A model generated the notes under the pieces. That model ran no database searches and was not told the DNA's origin. It saw only the letters and a list, made by a program, of their open reading frames with translations. From positions 19,484 to 83,483 of IMG/VR virus record IMGVR_UViG_3300033073_000736: 64,000 nucleotides of DNA, one strand, 5' to 3'. Shown piece after piece: positions 55,543 to 63,985 of this stretch; within the stretch, counting starts at the first letter, position 1; each line of letters opens with the position of its first letter. Made by a program: the position numbers and the translations under genes. Source of the DNA: a virus. Lineage: Duplodnaviria; Caudoviricetes.

Positions 55543-55785
55543 ATGCTAACATACACACTGTACATTAACTGGTTGACACAAGCCTACAAATACTATTTCC
55601 TAGATGATGCTGATGTGTCTGACAGTGAATGGGACTATTGGAGTAGGCAGTTCTTCGCTAATCGCTCAGAACTGTTGAAAGAAGATTTTCCAATTATTCA
55701 TCGGGAAGAGTTCACCGGGGCTAGTTTGTTTTGGTTGAGGAAGGACGAATATCCGAAGGAAGTATTAGACATTATCAACAAGTGA
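55543..55785 (+). CDS. stand-alone NAD+-ligase subdomain Ia-like protein
   Basis: AYKYY..D...VSD.EWD resembles LigA Y.YY..D.P.I.D.EYD. Confidence 0.6.
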   Translation: MLTYTLYINWLTQAYKYYFLDDADVSDSEWDYWSRQFFANRSELLKEDFPIIHREEFTGASLFWLRKDEYPKEVLDIINK

Positions 55786-55800
55786 TAAAGGAATCAAATT

Positions 55801-56556
55801 ATGAAGCGTAGCCAACGTAACCAACAGTATTCCTCCGCATCTGCGAAGACTGTGCATCCGAAGTTTGTACAGCAGCGGGAGGAGTTTGCGTCTGTTCATC
55901 CAATCAAACCGATGAACCAGAAACAACGAACCTATATTGAACTACTGACTGAGAAGACAATCATTGTCGCTACAGGGTATCCCGGCACATCCAAAACATA
56001 TCTGGCCACAGCAATTGCATGTGATTTACTTCGTGCAGGGAAGATTGCTCAGATTGTTTTCTGCCGCCCAAACATCTCAAATAGTGCTTCACTAGGCATG
56101 TTTTCTGGAACGGCTGAGGAGAAACTTACTCAGTGGATTGGGCCTATGCTCTCTGTTGCCAAGGAACGCATGGGAGTTGGTGGATTGGAGGTGGCGATCA
56201 AGCGTGGGGACATTATCTTCCAGCCACTTGAGACAGTGAAAGGAATGTCGGCCAAGAACTGTTGGTTCATTTGTGATGAAGCTGAAGATTTGACTGTAAA
56301 AGAAGCACAGACAATCATTACCCGCATTGGTGAGGGTAGTACATTTGTTCTGGCTGGCGACTTGATGCAAAGTGAACTTGGTCAACAGAATGGATTGAAG
56401 TGGTTGATTGAGCTTATTCAGCGGCAGAAGCTGGAAGACATCGTTGGTCACATCGATTTCAATCATGTGAATGATATTGTCCGTTCAGAGACAGTGAAGC
56501 GACTGATTATTGCTATGAACCGAGAAGCTACACGAAACACCAGAGTAGGAGGGTAG
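55801..56556 (+). CDS. phoH: PhoH-like ATPase
   Basis: P....Q..Y, GYPGTSKT, RP, I.DEAE, TRIG..S..VL.GD.MQ, DIVRS. Confidence 0.92.
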   Translation: MKRSQRNQQYSSASAKTVHPKFVQQREEFASVHPIKPMNQKQRTYIELLTEKTIIVATGYPGTSKTYLATAIACDLLRAGKIAQIVFCRPNISNSASLGMFSGTAEEKLTQWIGPMLSVAKERMGVGGLEVAIKRGDIIFQPLETVKGMSAKNCWFICDEAEDLTVKEAQTIITRIGEGSTFVLAGDLMQSELGQQNGLKWLIELIQRQKLEDIVGHIDFNHVNDIVRSETVKRLIIAMNREATRNTRVGG

Positions 56557-56557
56557 T

Positions 56558-56815
56558 GTGAGTGCAACGATAGTTGATATAACAGGGAAAACATTCGGAA
56601 GGGTAAATGTTTTGGGGTGCATCGGCGTAAATCCGCTCAAAAAGGATCGAAGACTTCACTGGATTTGTGTTTGCCGTAACAAGCAAGGGAAGTGGGAGGC
56701 CCGGATACATGTAGAGGGTAAGCCTATGCATCTTGGTACTTATGAAACTTTTGAAGAAGCCTGTGCTGCACGTGAAGAAGCAGAACTTAAATGCTACGGA
56801 TTCACTAAGGAGTGA
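56558..56815 (+). pseudogene. internally deleted HNH-AP2 homing endonuclease
   Basis: DITGK.FGR..V..W.C.C joined directly to AP2 KW.ARI...G...HLG.Y.T.EEA..AR..AE; HNH core absent. Confidence 0.75.
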
Positions 56816-57516
56816 ATATGCAAAAACAAATTAACAAAATTATCAAAGCTGGTGTTGCTAAAGCAGGTGTAGACTTGGAACACGGAGAGGTGCCATTCCC
56901 TGTTGTAGCCAATGTAAAGCAGATTGTGAATTACAGCATCTTTCTCTATGGAACTACATCTTCTGCATTCGATTTTGCTGAAGCAATCAACGCCATTGAG
57001 AATGCTGATGAACATGACACCATCACAATCTATTTATCTGGTGGCGGCGGGTGTGTATCCTCAACAGATGCCTTTCTTCATGCAATTCACATGGCGCAAG
57101 AGCGGGGTGTACGGGTACATTGTGTAGCTAGTGGCCTTGTTGCAAGCGCACACACATTCATCATCTTGGCTTGTTCCAGTTATGAATGTGCAGCAGGTAC
57201 ACATTTCCTGTTCCACAATGGTAGTTTGGGGGATGGGGGTAGTTACAATCAATTTAAGGCTTCCAGTCAATTCTTCTTGAAATATATGGAAACACGCTTC
57301 CGAGAAGTGTATGATGGGTTTCTGAGCGAGAAGGAATTGGATGATATTCTTGAAGGGAAGGATATGTGGCTGACAGCAGAGGAGTTTCACAATCGCTATG
57401 CCGCCAGAAACGAAATCATGGAAGCTGAAATGAAAGAAGCAATTGACAAGCACAAGGAAGAAACTGGACAAACTGTCGGTTGTAACGGGAATTGTTCAGA
57501 CTGTTTGTGTGAATAA
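56812..57516 (+). CDS. ClpP-like (S14) protease
   Basis: IYLSGGGG, VASA.TFI.LA, F.FHNGS. Confidence 0.8.
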   Translation: MNMQKQINKIIKAGVAKAGVDLEHGEVPFPVVANVKQIVNYSIFLYGTTSSAFDFAEAINAIENADEHDTITIYLSGGGGCVSSTDAFLHAIHMAQERGVRVHCVASGLVASAHTFIILACSSYECAAGTHFLFHNGSLGDGGSYNQFKASSQFFLKYMETRFREVYDGFLSEKELDDILEGKDMWLTAEEFHNRYAARNEIMEAEMKEAIDKHKEETGQTVGCNGNCSDCLCE

Positions 57517-57527
57517 CTGAAATATAG

Positions 57528-57555
57528 CCACAGATAGTGTCAAAGCTATCTGTGG
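57528..57555 (+). terminator. hairpin after protease gene
   Basis: CCACAGATAG-8-CTATCTGTGG, weak T tract. Confidence 0.45.
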
Positions 57556-57579
57556 ATTTGATTTCTGGAGACAAGCAAC

Positions 57580-57900
57580 ATGATACACACAACATTCAAC
57601 TCCATTCAAGACATGCTTGAATACAACCAAGCCATCCAATCAGCTTTGGAAATGCTTTATGAATATGAAGCAGATAAGTGGAACAACCGTGACGAACCAC
57701 ACGATAAAATGTGTGACCCATTATTCCACAACATTCATTTCAACGTAGAGTTTGATTCATTTATTATTCCGTGCTGGTTGTCTTGTGACGTAACGTACAC
57801 GGGAGGCTTTGCTGACAACGATCCATATGTTCCATACACAGTGGAGATTCCTTTGCAGTGGGTGGAAGATTATTTGAAAGAGAATTATGGCTATGAGTAA
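57580..57900 (+). CDS. hypothetical protein
   Basis: GGAG RBS. Confidence 0.6.
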   Translation: MIHTTFNSIQDMLEYNQAIQSALEMLYEYEADKWNNRDEPHDKMCDPLFHNIHFNVEFDSFIIPCWLSCDVTYTGGFADNDPYVPYTVEIPLQWVEDYLKENYGYE

Positions 57901-58120
57901 ATACTTCATCCTTGAAAAGCATTCGGACAGTTGCTATTCTGTCTGGACATACCCAAGTAAGCAGAAATTCTTAGGTGATATTATCTTCGATATCTCTGCT
58001 GGTTGGGTGTATTGTCTTGCTGAAGATGCTTGGACTGGATATTACACATCTGAGTTCCTCCGGGCTATTGCTGACAAACTTGATGAATTGAATGCTGAAT
58101 TGTTTGAGGACATGAAATAA
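57887..58120 (+). CDS. hypothetical protein
   Basis: Coupled ORF. Confidence 0.55.
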   Translation: MAMSKYFILEKHSDSCYSVWTYPSKQKFLGDIIFDISAGWVYCLAEDAWTGYYTSEFLRAIADKLDELNAELFEDMK

Positions 58121-58422
58121 TGACCAAACCAATTGAAACTGTTACACTGACATTTGACGAGTATCACGCAGCCGAGGAAGAAAAGAGGTTGCTACCGAAG
58201 TTCTTTGTTGTAAATGCTCTAGGGCAATATGTGTTTGTCAAAACCAAGGACAGGGCAGAGGCACAATCTTTCATTGATGAAGAGTATGGCAAGGGGAAAT
58301 ATCGCATTCGCACGTATTCGCAAGACATGTTGCTTCACCAGATGCAACACCGTCTTGCTACAGAAACTCGGAAGAGTCAGGCTAAATATCGTAACGAGAA
58401 TTTTGGATTATTGTACAAATGA
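58120..58422 (+). CDS. hypothetical protein
   Basis: TAATG coupling. Confidence 0.6.
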   Translation: MTKPIETVTLTFDEYHAAEEEKRLLPKFFVVNALGQYVFVKTKDRAEAQSFIDEEYGKGKYRIRTYSQDMLLHQMQHRLATETRKSQAKYRNENFGLLYK

Positions 58423-58601
58423 AAATAAAACAACGTGTCAAGAACAAAAGCATTCGCTTGAAATGCTCTAGGGAAGTGTGGGAAGATATGCTTACACAAG
58501 GACGAGAATCTCATGTCTTTATTAGAGTGAACATAAAAAATCCAGCACATTACTGTTGGCAAATCAAAGATTGTTACTGGAGTAAACCGAAGCATGTCTA
58601 A
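58419..58601 (+). CDS. hypothetical basic protein
   Basis: ATGA coupling. Confidence 0.5.
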   Translation: MKIKQRVKNKSIRLKCSREVWEDMLTQGRESHVFIRVNIKNPAHYCWQIKDCYWSKPKHV

Positions 58602-58821
58602 ATACGCATACATCCGTAAGCACAAGTTGAACGGAAAGAGAGTGGACATCACCAATGAAATTATTGGTATGATGCAGATTAATGATTATCTACTGGCTAC
58701 AGTGCCGAAGATGACGAAGCTAATTGATGAAATCCACACAACACTGAATGATGAAAGTTTGACAGAAGGTGGAATCATCTATAAGATGAGAAGTTTATTC
58801 AGTGAATTTGAGAAAGAATAA
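58594..58821 (+). CDS. hypothetical protein
   Basis: Coupled ORF. Confidence 0.5.
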   Translation: MSKYAYIRKHKLNGKRVDITNEIIGMMQINDYLLATVPKMTKLIDEIHTTLNDESLTEGGIIYKMRSLFSEFEKE

Positions 58822-58826
58822 CCAAT

Positions 58827-59096
58827 ATGATTACGCTGACACCAAGACAACAATGCCAAACAGCATTCAACTGGAAAGAATACACCAAGGAAACATGGGG
58901 AGAAACTGGCGTTTTGCGTATAGACAAAGCTAATGATCCGAATAGTATATGCCCGTATTGCAAGAATGACCAGACCACACCTGTAACGGACAGTAGTGTG
59001 TTACTCTCATACAAGGAAAATCCTGCGTTTAAGGGATTGACATTCAAAGTGTTTGAATGTTATTGTTGTAATGCCGTGTTTAGTTGGCATAAATAA
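58827..59096 (+). CDS. Zn-ribbon protein
   Basis: CPYC...C.CC. Confidence 0.55.
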   Translation: MITLTPRQQCQTAFNWKEYTKETWGETGVLRIDKANDPNSICPYCKNDQTTPVTDSSVLLSYKENPAFKGLTFKVFECYCCNAVFSWHK

Positions 59097-59116
59097 AATA
59101 AAAGCACACACAGATG

Positions 59117-59145
59117 TTGACAACAAGAAACGTGTGTGCCAATAT
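59117..59145 (+). promoter_or_regulatory. sigma70 promoter flanked by 8-bp inverted repeat
   Basis: TTGACA-17-CAATAT; GCACACAC (59104) / GTGTGTGC (59132). Confidence 0.6.
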
Positions 59146-59186
59146 AGTCGTCACGAACACAACCAAACAGGAACAGAGGATTCAAC

Positions 59187-59522
59187 ATGACTACACAATA
59201 CATTGTAGAAGAAATCTTGCGACGTAATATTGCCGACCTTGAAAAGGAACTGCAACGGCAGAAAGAACGCCATGCCGCCGCCACGGCACGACTGCGCGAC
59301 CAGATCGAGCGTGTGACGAGCGAGTGGGAACGGGTAGAATCTGCAATGGCATCCGCCCGCGAAGAAAACGAGCGGCTGCGGAAGGATGCAGTAGAGAATA
59401 GAACAGATGCGGATCGTTGGCGGTTCTTTAGGTCAGCTGGTAATGATGTGACGCTGCGGATGCATAATTCGCGCTCAGATTTTCGTGATGAAGCCATCGA
59501 CTCCGCGCGAGGGAATAAATGA
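59187..59522 (+). CDS. coiled-coil protein, Ead/Ea22-like tail
   Basis: Heptads then DADRWRFFR; visibly GC-richer. Confidence 0.55.
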   Translation: MTTQYIVEEILRRNIADLEKELQRQKERHAAATARLRDQIERVTSEWERVESAMASAREENERLRKDAVENRTDADRWRFFRSAGNDVTLRMHNSRSDFRDEAIDSARGNK

Positions 59523-59764
59523 ACGAATCAATTGCAAGAACACTTAACGACATCGCTCCGAATATTCCTAAAGGCCGTAGTCGCTGCTTTGACATTGGCC
59601 AGTGGGGCGGATGCGGTGTTAATTGCCCGGTATTTATTGAAGGCGGCTGTAGTGAGCCACAAGAAATAGAAGCAAAGTGGGTAATTGATGAGCACGGCGA
59701 GGTGGATGGAAAAGAAATCCTCGCCAAGTACGAGTGTTTTTCTCAGTCAGAGTTTATGGTATGA
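59519..59764 (+). CDS. Cys-rich hypothetical protein
   Basis: C...G..GGCG..CP.F..G.C. Confidence 0.55.
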   Translation: MNESIARTLNDIAPNIPKGRSRCFDIGQWGGCGVNCPVFIEGGCSEPQEIEAKWVIDEHGEVDGKEILAKYECFSQSEFMV

Positions 59765-60057
59765 CCCCCACCGAACGCGAATCCCTCTATCCACCAAATG
59801 TTATAGAAGCATGGCACTGGGTGAAGCAACATTGTCGCCATTACGCTACGATTGGATATGACACACAGACATATGACTGTTTGTCTGAAGAATACAAAGA
59901 AACAGCTTTGAACATGCTTGACATTCTTGTAATGAATGATTTAGTATTGCTTCAAGACAGCAGCGGGAAAGAGTTCTATCACAAAAACTTCGTTGTATTG
60001 AATTTTGGTGAAAATGCTAGTACGTATTTTGATAAATGCTTGGAGTGTAACAAATGA
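59761..60057 (+). CDS. hypothetical protein
   Basis: ATGA coupling. Confidence 0.55.
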   Translation: MTPTERESLYPPNVIEAWHWVKQHCRHYATIGYDTQTYDCLSEEYKETALNMLDILVMNDLVLLQDSSGKEFYHKNFVVLNFGENASTYFDKCLECNK

Positions 60058-60209
60058 TTGCTAAATACATTTTGATTGTCTACATGATTGCTGGTACAAA
60101 TCATCTAGAAATGCAAGAGTTTTATTCTTTGAAGAGTTGCCAAAAGAATGCAGAATATATTAAAACTCTAGGCAGTAGTGTAAGAGAAGCATATTGTACG
60201 GAGAAATAG
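60054..60209 (+). CDS. small exported/membrane protein
   Basis: Hydrophobic N-terminus, two Cys. Confidence 0.5.
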   Translation: MIAKYILIVYMIAGTNHLEMQEFYSLKSCQKNAEYIKTLGSSVREAYCTEK

Positions 60210-60213
60210 TAAC

Positions 60214-60411
60214 ATGACCCTTATCTTATACTCGTCCCTCTTCCTTCTCTGGCTTATTGGCTATATCAATGCCGTGCAAGCATTCAGCAATGATGCAGAA
60301 GCAAGTGTATTGTCGCGTACAGCAATCAATGTGGCTTGTGTCTTATGGCCCATTGCTGTTGTTATTGCTTTAATTAGAATTATATTTGGAATCAAGGGAG
60401 CAACAAAATGA
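60214..60411 (+). CDS. two-TM membrane protein
   Basis: Hydrophobic, ..WP.. motif. Confidence 0.55.
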   Translation: MTLILYSSLFLLWLIGYINAVQAFSNDAEASVLSRTAINVACVLWPIAVVIALIRIIFGIKGATK

Positions 60412-60698
60412 AACAACACATTATTGCTGCACTAATAAGCCTGATTGCAACACAATCAATTGCTGCTGAACAACCAGAACAGCAAATCATACAGTTCTGC
60501 AATCTTGCTTCTGTCAATGTCCTGATTGCTTATGACAAGGCAAAGAATCAAGAGAGTATGGCATCCATTCTTAAATCAGCACCAGAACATGCCAGTGAAA
60601 TCATTGCTGGATATAAGCTGTATGAGTCGGGAAAGACAGAGAGTGAAGCATATCAGATTTTCTATAATTATTGTCTCAATGTTATGAGAGAGGCGTGA
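60408..60698 (+). CDS. exported protein with signal peptide
   Basis: MKQHIIAALISLIATQSIA|AE. Confidence 0.6.
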   Translation: MKQHIIAALISLIATQSIAAEQPEQQIIQFCNLASVNVLIAYDKAKNQESMASILKSAPEHASEIIAGYKLYESGKTESEAYQIFYNYCLNVMREA

Positions 60699-60707
60699 CA
60701 TATAGCC

Positions 60708-61046
60708 ATGTACAACAGACACATTAAAGAAGCCATCAAGCAAATTGAATTGCTTTACGAACAGATGGAAAGTTTGGAACGTAGCAATATTAAGTTACGT
60801 GAACAATTGAATACAGCCATAGTGTTGCTGTGCTCTAATAAGGCTAGTGTTGTTCAGCATGTTGAACTTGAAGATGGAACAGATCATTACATCACTTCAT
60901 TCGGCCTGCAAGTTGAAGCACTTGACGGAGAACAGTTAGGAGAGTTTAGTCCTGAAGCAACGCCATATCAGGCTGTATTGACAGGGATAGATGAATACAT
61001 TGACTATATGGCTGACAATAGCGCACAGGAATACGTTCTACTGTAA
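60708..61046 (+). CDS. hypothetical protein
   Basis: 112-aa ORF in operon. Confidence 0.55.
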   Translation: MYNRHIKEAIKQIELLYEQMESLERSNIKLREQLNTAIVLLCSNKASVVQHVELEDGTDHYITSFGLQVEALDGEQLGEFSPEATPYQAVLTGIDEYIDYMADNSAQEYVLL

Positions 61047-61161
61047 AAATAGATAGTGATTTTACTATATCAAGAACACATATCGTATTTAGGGGGTACT
61101 TAGGTACTGCTTAGGGATGGTATGTGTTTTTTGTTATTGATTTTTGAATAGGAAACCACAT

Positions 61162-61377
61162 ATGGGTAGCACAGATGAGAAACAACTGACTTTGACTGAA
61201 TATGAGATTAATCTTCTGCTGTCTCTCGTAGACAGGGAAATAAGGGAAAGCTACAGCTATCTAAATCGGAACAAAGACTACTTACATCCGCGTGATGTCT
61301 TACGAAAAGAGGCCAACTTGAAAGCAACCGAAGCCTTAATGTCTAAACTGGAACAACTGATTGGAATTACAGCATGA
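61162..61377 (+). CDS. hypothetical protein
   Basis: AGGA RBS; ATGA overlap with next gene. Confidence 0.5.
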   Translation: MGSTDEKQLTLTEYEINLLLSLVDREIRESYSYLNRNKDYLHPRDVLRKEANLKATEALMSKLEQLIGITA

Positions 61378-61877
61378 ACAACGCTACACTGATTAATCAA
61401 GACAGCGGGAACTGTGAATACTATACACCTAGTCATATTATTGAACTGGCTAGAGAGGTGATGACAGGAATCAACCTTGACCCTTTCAGCAGCTTAGAAG
61501 CCAATCAACGTGTGAATGCTGACAGGATATTCACCGAACAGGATGATGGCTTAAAACAGCAATGGCAAGGGAATGTGTGGATGAATCATCCGTTTGGTAG
61601 GGAGATGAATAAGAAAGCCATTCAGAAACTGGTTAGTGAATATGAGAACGGAAACGTCACACAAGCCTGCTGTATCACATTTGCTGCTACAAGTGAGGGT
61701 TGGTTCAGACTGTTGTTGTCTTATCCAATGTGCTTCATTCATGGAAGAACTAACTACTACTTGAAAGACGGGACATTGAAGAAAGGGGTGACAAAGGGAA
61801 GTGTGGTGACATATCTTGGTAAGGATATTGAAAAGTTCAAGGAAGTGTTCAGTAAGATTGGAACTGTGAAAATATAG
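61374..61877 (+). CDS. phage N6-adenine DNA methyltransferase (small Dam-like family)
   Basis: YYTP, LDPFS, DDGL.Q.W.GNVWMNHPFGR, T...WF, GR..Y. Confidence 0.82.
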   Translation: MNNATLINQDSGNCEYYTPSHIIELAREVMTGINLDPFSSLEANQRVNADRIFTEQDDGLKQQWQGNVWMNHPFGREMNKKAIQKLVSEYENGNVTQACCITFAATSEGWFRLLLSYPMCFIHGRTNYYLKDGTLKKGVTKGSVVTYLGKDIEKFKEVFSKIGTVKI

Positions 61878-61899
61878 AACTATGTGGAGATATATAGCC

Positions 61900-61935
61900 A
61901 GCCAGCATTTGAATATGTTGTGCTGGCTTTTTTTT
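61900..61935 (+). terminator. intrinsic terminator
   Basis: AGCCAGCA-13-TGCTGGCT + T tract. Confidence 0.7.
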
Positions 61936-61956
61936 GTTTATTGGAGATTGTGTACT

Positions 61957-62469
61957 ATGATTTATGCTGGAATTGGCAGTAGAGAGACACCAGAAGAGGT
62001 GTTGATCAAGATGGAGAAGATCGCTTTCTGTCTGGCTCAGAGATATGATGCCGTCTTACGATCAGGTGGGGCTATAGGGGCAGATAGTGCTTTTGAAGCA
62101 GGGTGTGACAGGGCTAATGGCAAGAAGGAAATCTTCTATGCCAAGGAATGGCAGAATAGGATAAAGCCGACTAAAGAAGCATGGAAAGAAGCTGAATACA
62201 TAGCCTCACAAATACATCCAGCTTGGGACAGGTGTAATGAATATGTAAGGAAACTGCACAGCAGGAATTGTTTTCAGATTCTTGGGGTGGGTTTGAATAG
62301 TCCAGTGGACATGGTAGTGTGTTATGCTAAAGAATACAAGTATGGTGATCCACAAGGAGGGACAAGGACAGCAATCATGTTGGCTAGAGAACACAATCTC
62401 CCTGTGTACAACCTGTTTGTTGATGGAATGATTGAGAAGTTGAGACGGTTGGTTGTAAAGCAACAATAA
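61957..62469 (+). CDS. SLOG/DprA-like nucleotide-binding protein
   Basis: YAGIGSRETP, LRSGGA.GAD.AFE, RN..QILG, GGT.TA. Confidence 0.8.
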   Translation: MIYAGIGSRETPEEVLIKMEKIAFCLAQRYDAVLRSGGAIGADSAFEAGCDRANGKKEIFYAKEWQNRIKPTKEAWKEAEYIASQIHPAWDRCNEYVRKLHSRNCFQILGVGLNSPVDMVVCYAKEYKYGDPQGGTRTAIMLAREHNLPVYNLFVDGMIEKLRRLVVKQQ

Positions 62470-62487
62470 TTATTTTATTAAATATAT

Positions 62488-62517
62488 TCCCTGCCAGAAA
62501 TGGTGGGGATTTTTTTT
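62488..62517 (+). terminator. intrinsic terminator ending the + strand block
   Basis: TCCCTGCCA-GAAA-TGGTGGGGA + T tract. Confidence 0.85.
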
Positions 62518-62644
62518 GCGGGACAAGGATGCCCGCTACACCTGTTTTCAACCATTTCCTGTCAAAATATCATCCCACTCCTTGTTATACTGTTCCCATT
62601 TCCTCCTCTTCCTATACGTTCTCCAATTCCCTATCTTTGAGAGT

Positions 62645-62734
62645 TGAAAAGGGTTATTGGCTCTTTATCTGTAATATCAAAAACGGTACTGGCTCTTTAG
62701 GTACATTATCAAAAACGGTACTGGCTCTTTAGGT
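62645..62734. repeat. 32-bp-period tandem repeat (two 28-bp identical copies + one partial)
   Basis: TATCAAAAACGGTACTGGCTCTTTAGGT at 62675 and 62707; TGGCTCTTTA at 62658, 62690, 62722. Confidence 0.9.
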
Positions 62735-62789
62735 GTTAAGCAGACATATGCCGTCCGGTCGATAGATTTCTAGTAATCCTAAAATATCG

Positions 62790-62802
62790 TAAGTGATTGA
62801 TT
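62790..62802 (-). promoter_or_regulatory. IHF consensus site
   Basis: AATCAA-TCAC-TTA = WATCAAN4TTR. Confidence 0.6.
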
Positions 62803-63187
62803 TTAAAGGAATGCAATGATAGCCCTGTGATATACGTTTATAGCCGATAATAGTCATTATGTTAAAGATTGACCCTCGCTCATCCCTGACAAGGCGGGGG
62901 AGAGGGTACTGGCGTATGGCTCATAACAGGATAATGCGGGAGGATTGCAGGGATAGTCCGTTCGTGGATAGTTCGATTACAAATAATCGGAAAAAGCCCC
63001 TATATTGGTTTTCAAGTTTAACAAATAAGGTAGTTCTCTCTCACCACACACAATTATACCGCCTAGAATAATTACATTCCGCACAATCACGTTTCCCAAT
63101 GTTATACATGCCACACAACAGACATTCAGCAAATAAATACCCCATAGCATTATCATTCCACAAATAAATATAGAATACTTGAACAAT

Positions 63188-63604
63188 TGGCACACTTCTT
63201 GATTTTACAATACTTTTCTAGGCTATTCCTACCATTGATGTTTTTTTGACCACATTTCTAAATTGAGTGATCGGACGCAAGTCATAACAGAAAAGAATGA
63301 CATTAGACAATGGCACAATCAAAAATGACATATTGTTGGCATACTTATTGCCTGAGTTAGCCTAGTGTTTTTGGCACGTTATTTGCTTATATGCGATAAG
63401 TGTAACAAATTATTAAAATCAATTTTCATGCCAATTTGATTGACCGAAAAACACATAAAAGCCAGAAAACAGAGGGAAGGGGAAAAACGGACATAGGGCT
63501 AGAACCGCGTAGAAGTCGATTCTAGGCACGCATGGCTCAGGGCAGGCTAGGGTATAGGCTAGGGGGGAGATCGTGGCAGGAAGGCAGTTGGCACGATAGT
63601 TGCT
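63188..63604. promoter_or_regulatory. cluster of sigma54 (-24/-12) boxes
   Basis: +: TGGCACACTTCTTGAT 63188, TGGCATACTTATTGCC 63337, TGGCACGTTATTTGCT 63372, TGGCACGATAGTTGCT 63589; -: TGGCATGAAAATTGAT 63433-63418. Confidence 0.7.
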
Positions 63605-63659
63605 AGAGAATTGAATGGCATTAAAAATGTGCCATTGTACAATGTAATTTGCAGGCATG

Positions 63660-63681
63660 AAAAAGCCCCTTAAATGGGGCT
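63660..63681 (-). terminator. intrinsic terminator for incoming - strand genes
   Basis: AGCCCC-ATTTAA-GGGGCT-TTTT. Confidence 0.8.
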
Positions 63682-63689
63682 TGTAGGGG

Positions 63690-63833
63690 CTATGCGCTAT
63701 CCCTCCTCGCTTTACGCTTGTATGCCGGATTATTCCGGCTAGCTTTGGTTTGTATGGCTGGCATGGCTTGAATGTCACGCCAGAACAATTCCGATTGTTG
63801 CTTGTCGGCTTTTGACTGGGAATGTTTTAGCAT
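63690..63833 (-). CDS. small basic protein (47 aa)
   Basis: MLKHSQSK...KRKARRDSA*; start overlaps the upstream stop; terminator follows. Confidence 0.5.
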   Translation of the reverse strand: MLKHSQSKADKQQSELFWRDIQAMPAIQTKASRNNPAYKRKARRDSA

Positions 63834-63985
63834 AGCACTTTCCCCATAATCGCCCATTCCATATCCTTATCTAGCCTTATCAGAATGCCACAAAAGGCAT
63901 TCATACCATATGCACCATGCCACCCATGCTTGGCTTCATAACTATCATCTGACACCCGCATAAAATCGCCAATAGCGAAAATCAT
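63827..63985 (-). CDS. small hypothetical protein (52 aa)
   Basis: AGGGA RBS, MIFAIGDF...KVLC*. Confidence 0.5.
   Translation of the reverse strand: MIFAIGDFMRVSDDSYEAKHGWHGAYGMNAFCGILIRLDKDMEWAIMGKVLC

Noticed and set aside
62645-62734. Mini CRISPR array
   Set aside because: Units are directly tandem with only ~4 variable nt, so there are no spacers; no cas genes
62529-63195. Short ORFs in the terminal non-coding region
   Set aside because: No RBS, low-complexity translations, and they overlap repeats and regulatory motifs
63419-63778. 119-aa - strand ORF at the window end
   Set aside because: Crosses a strong terminator and the sigma54 boxes, GTG start without RBS; the two shorter coupled ORFs fit better
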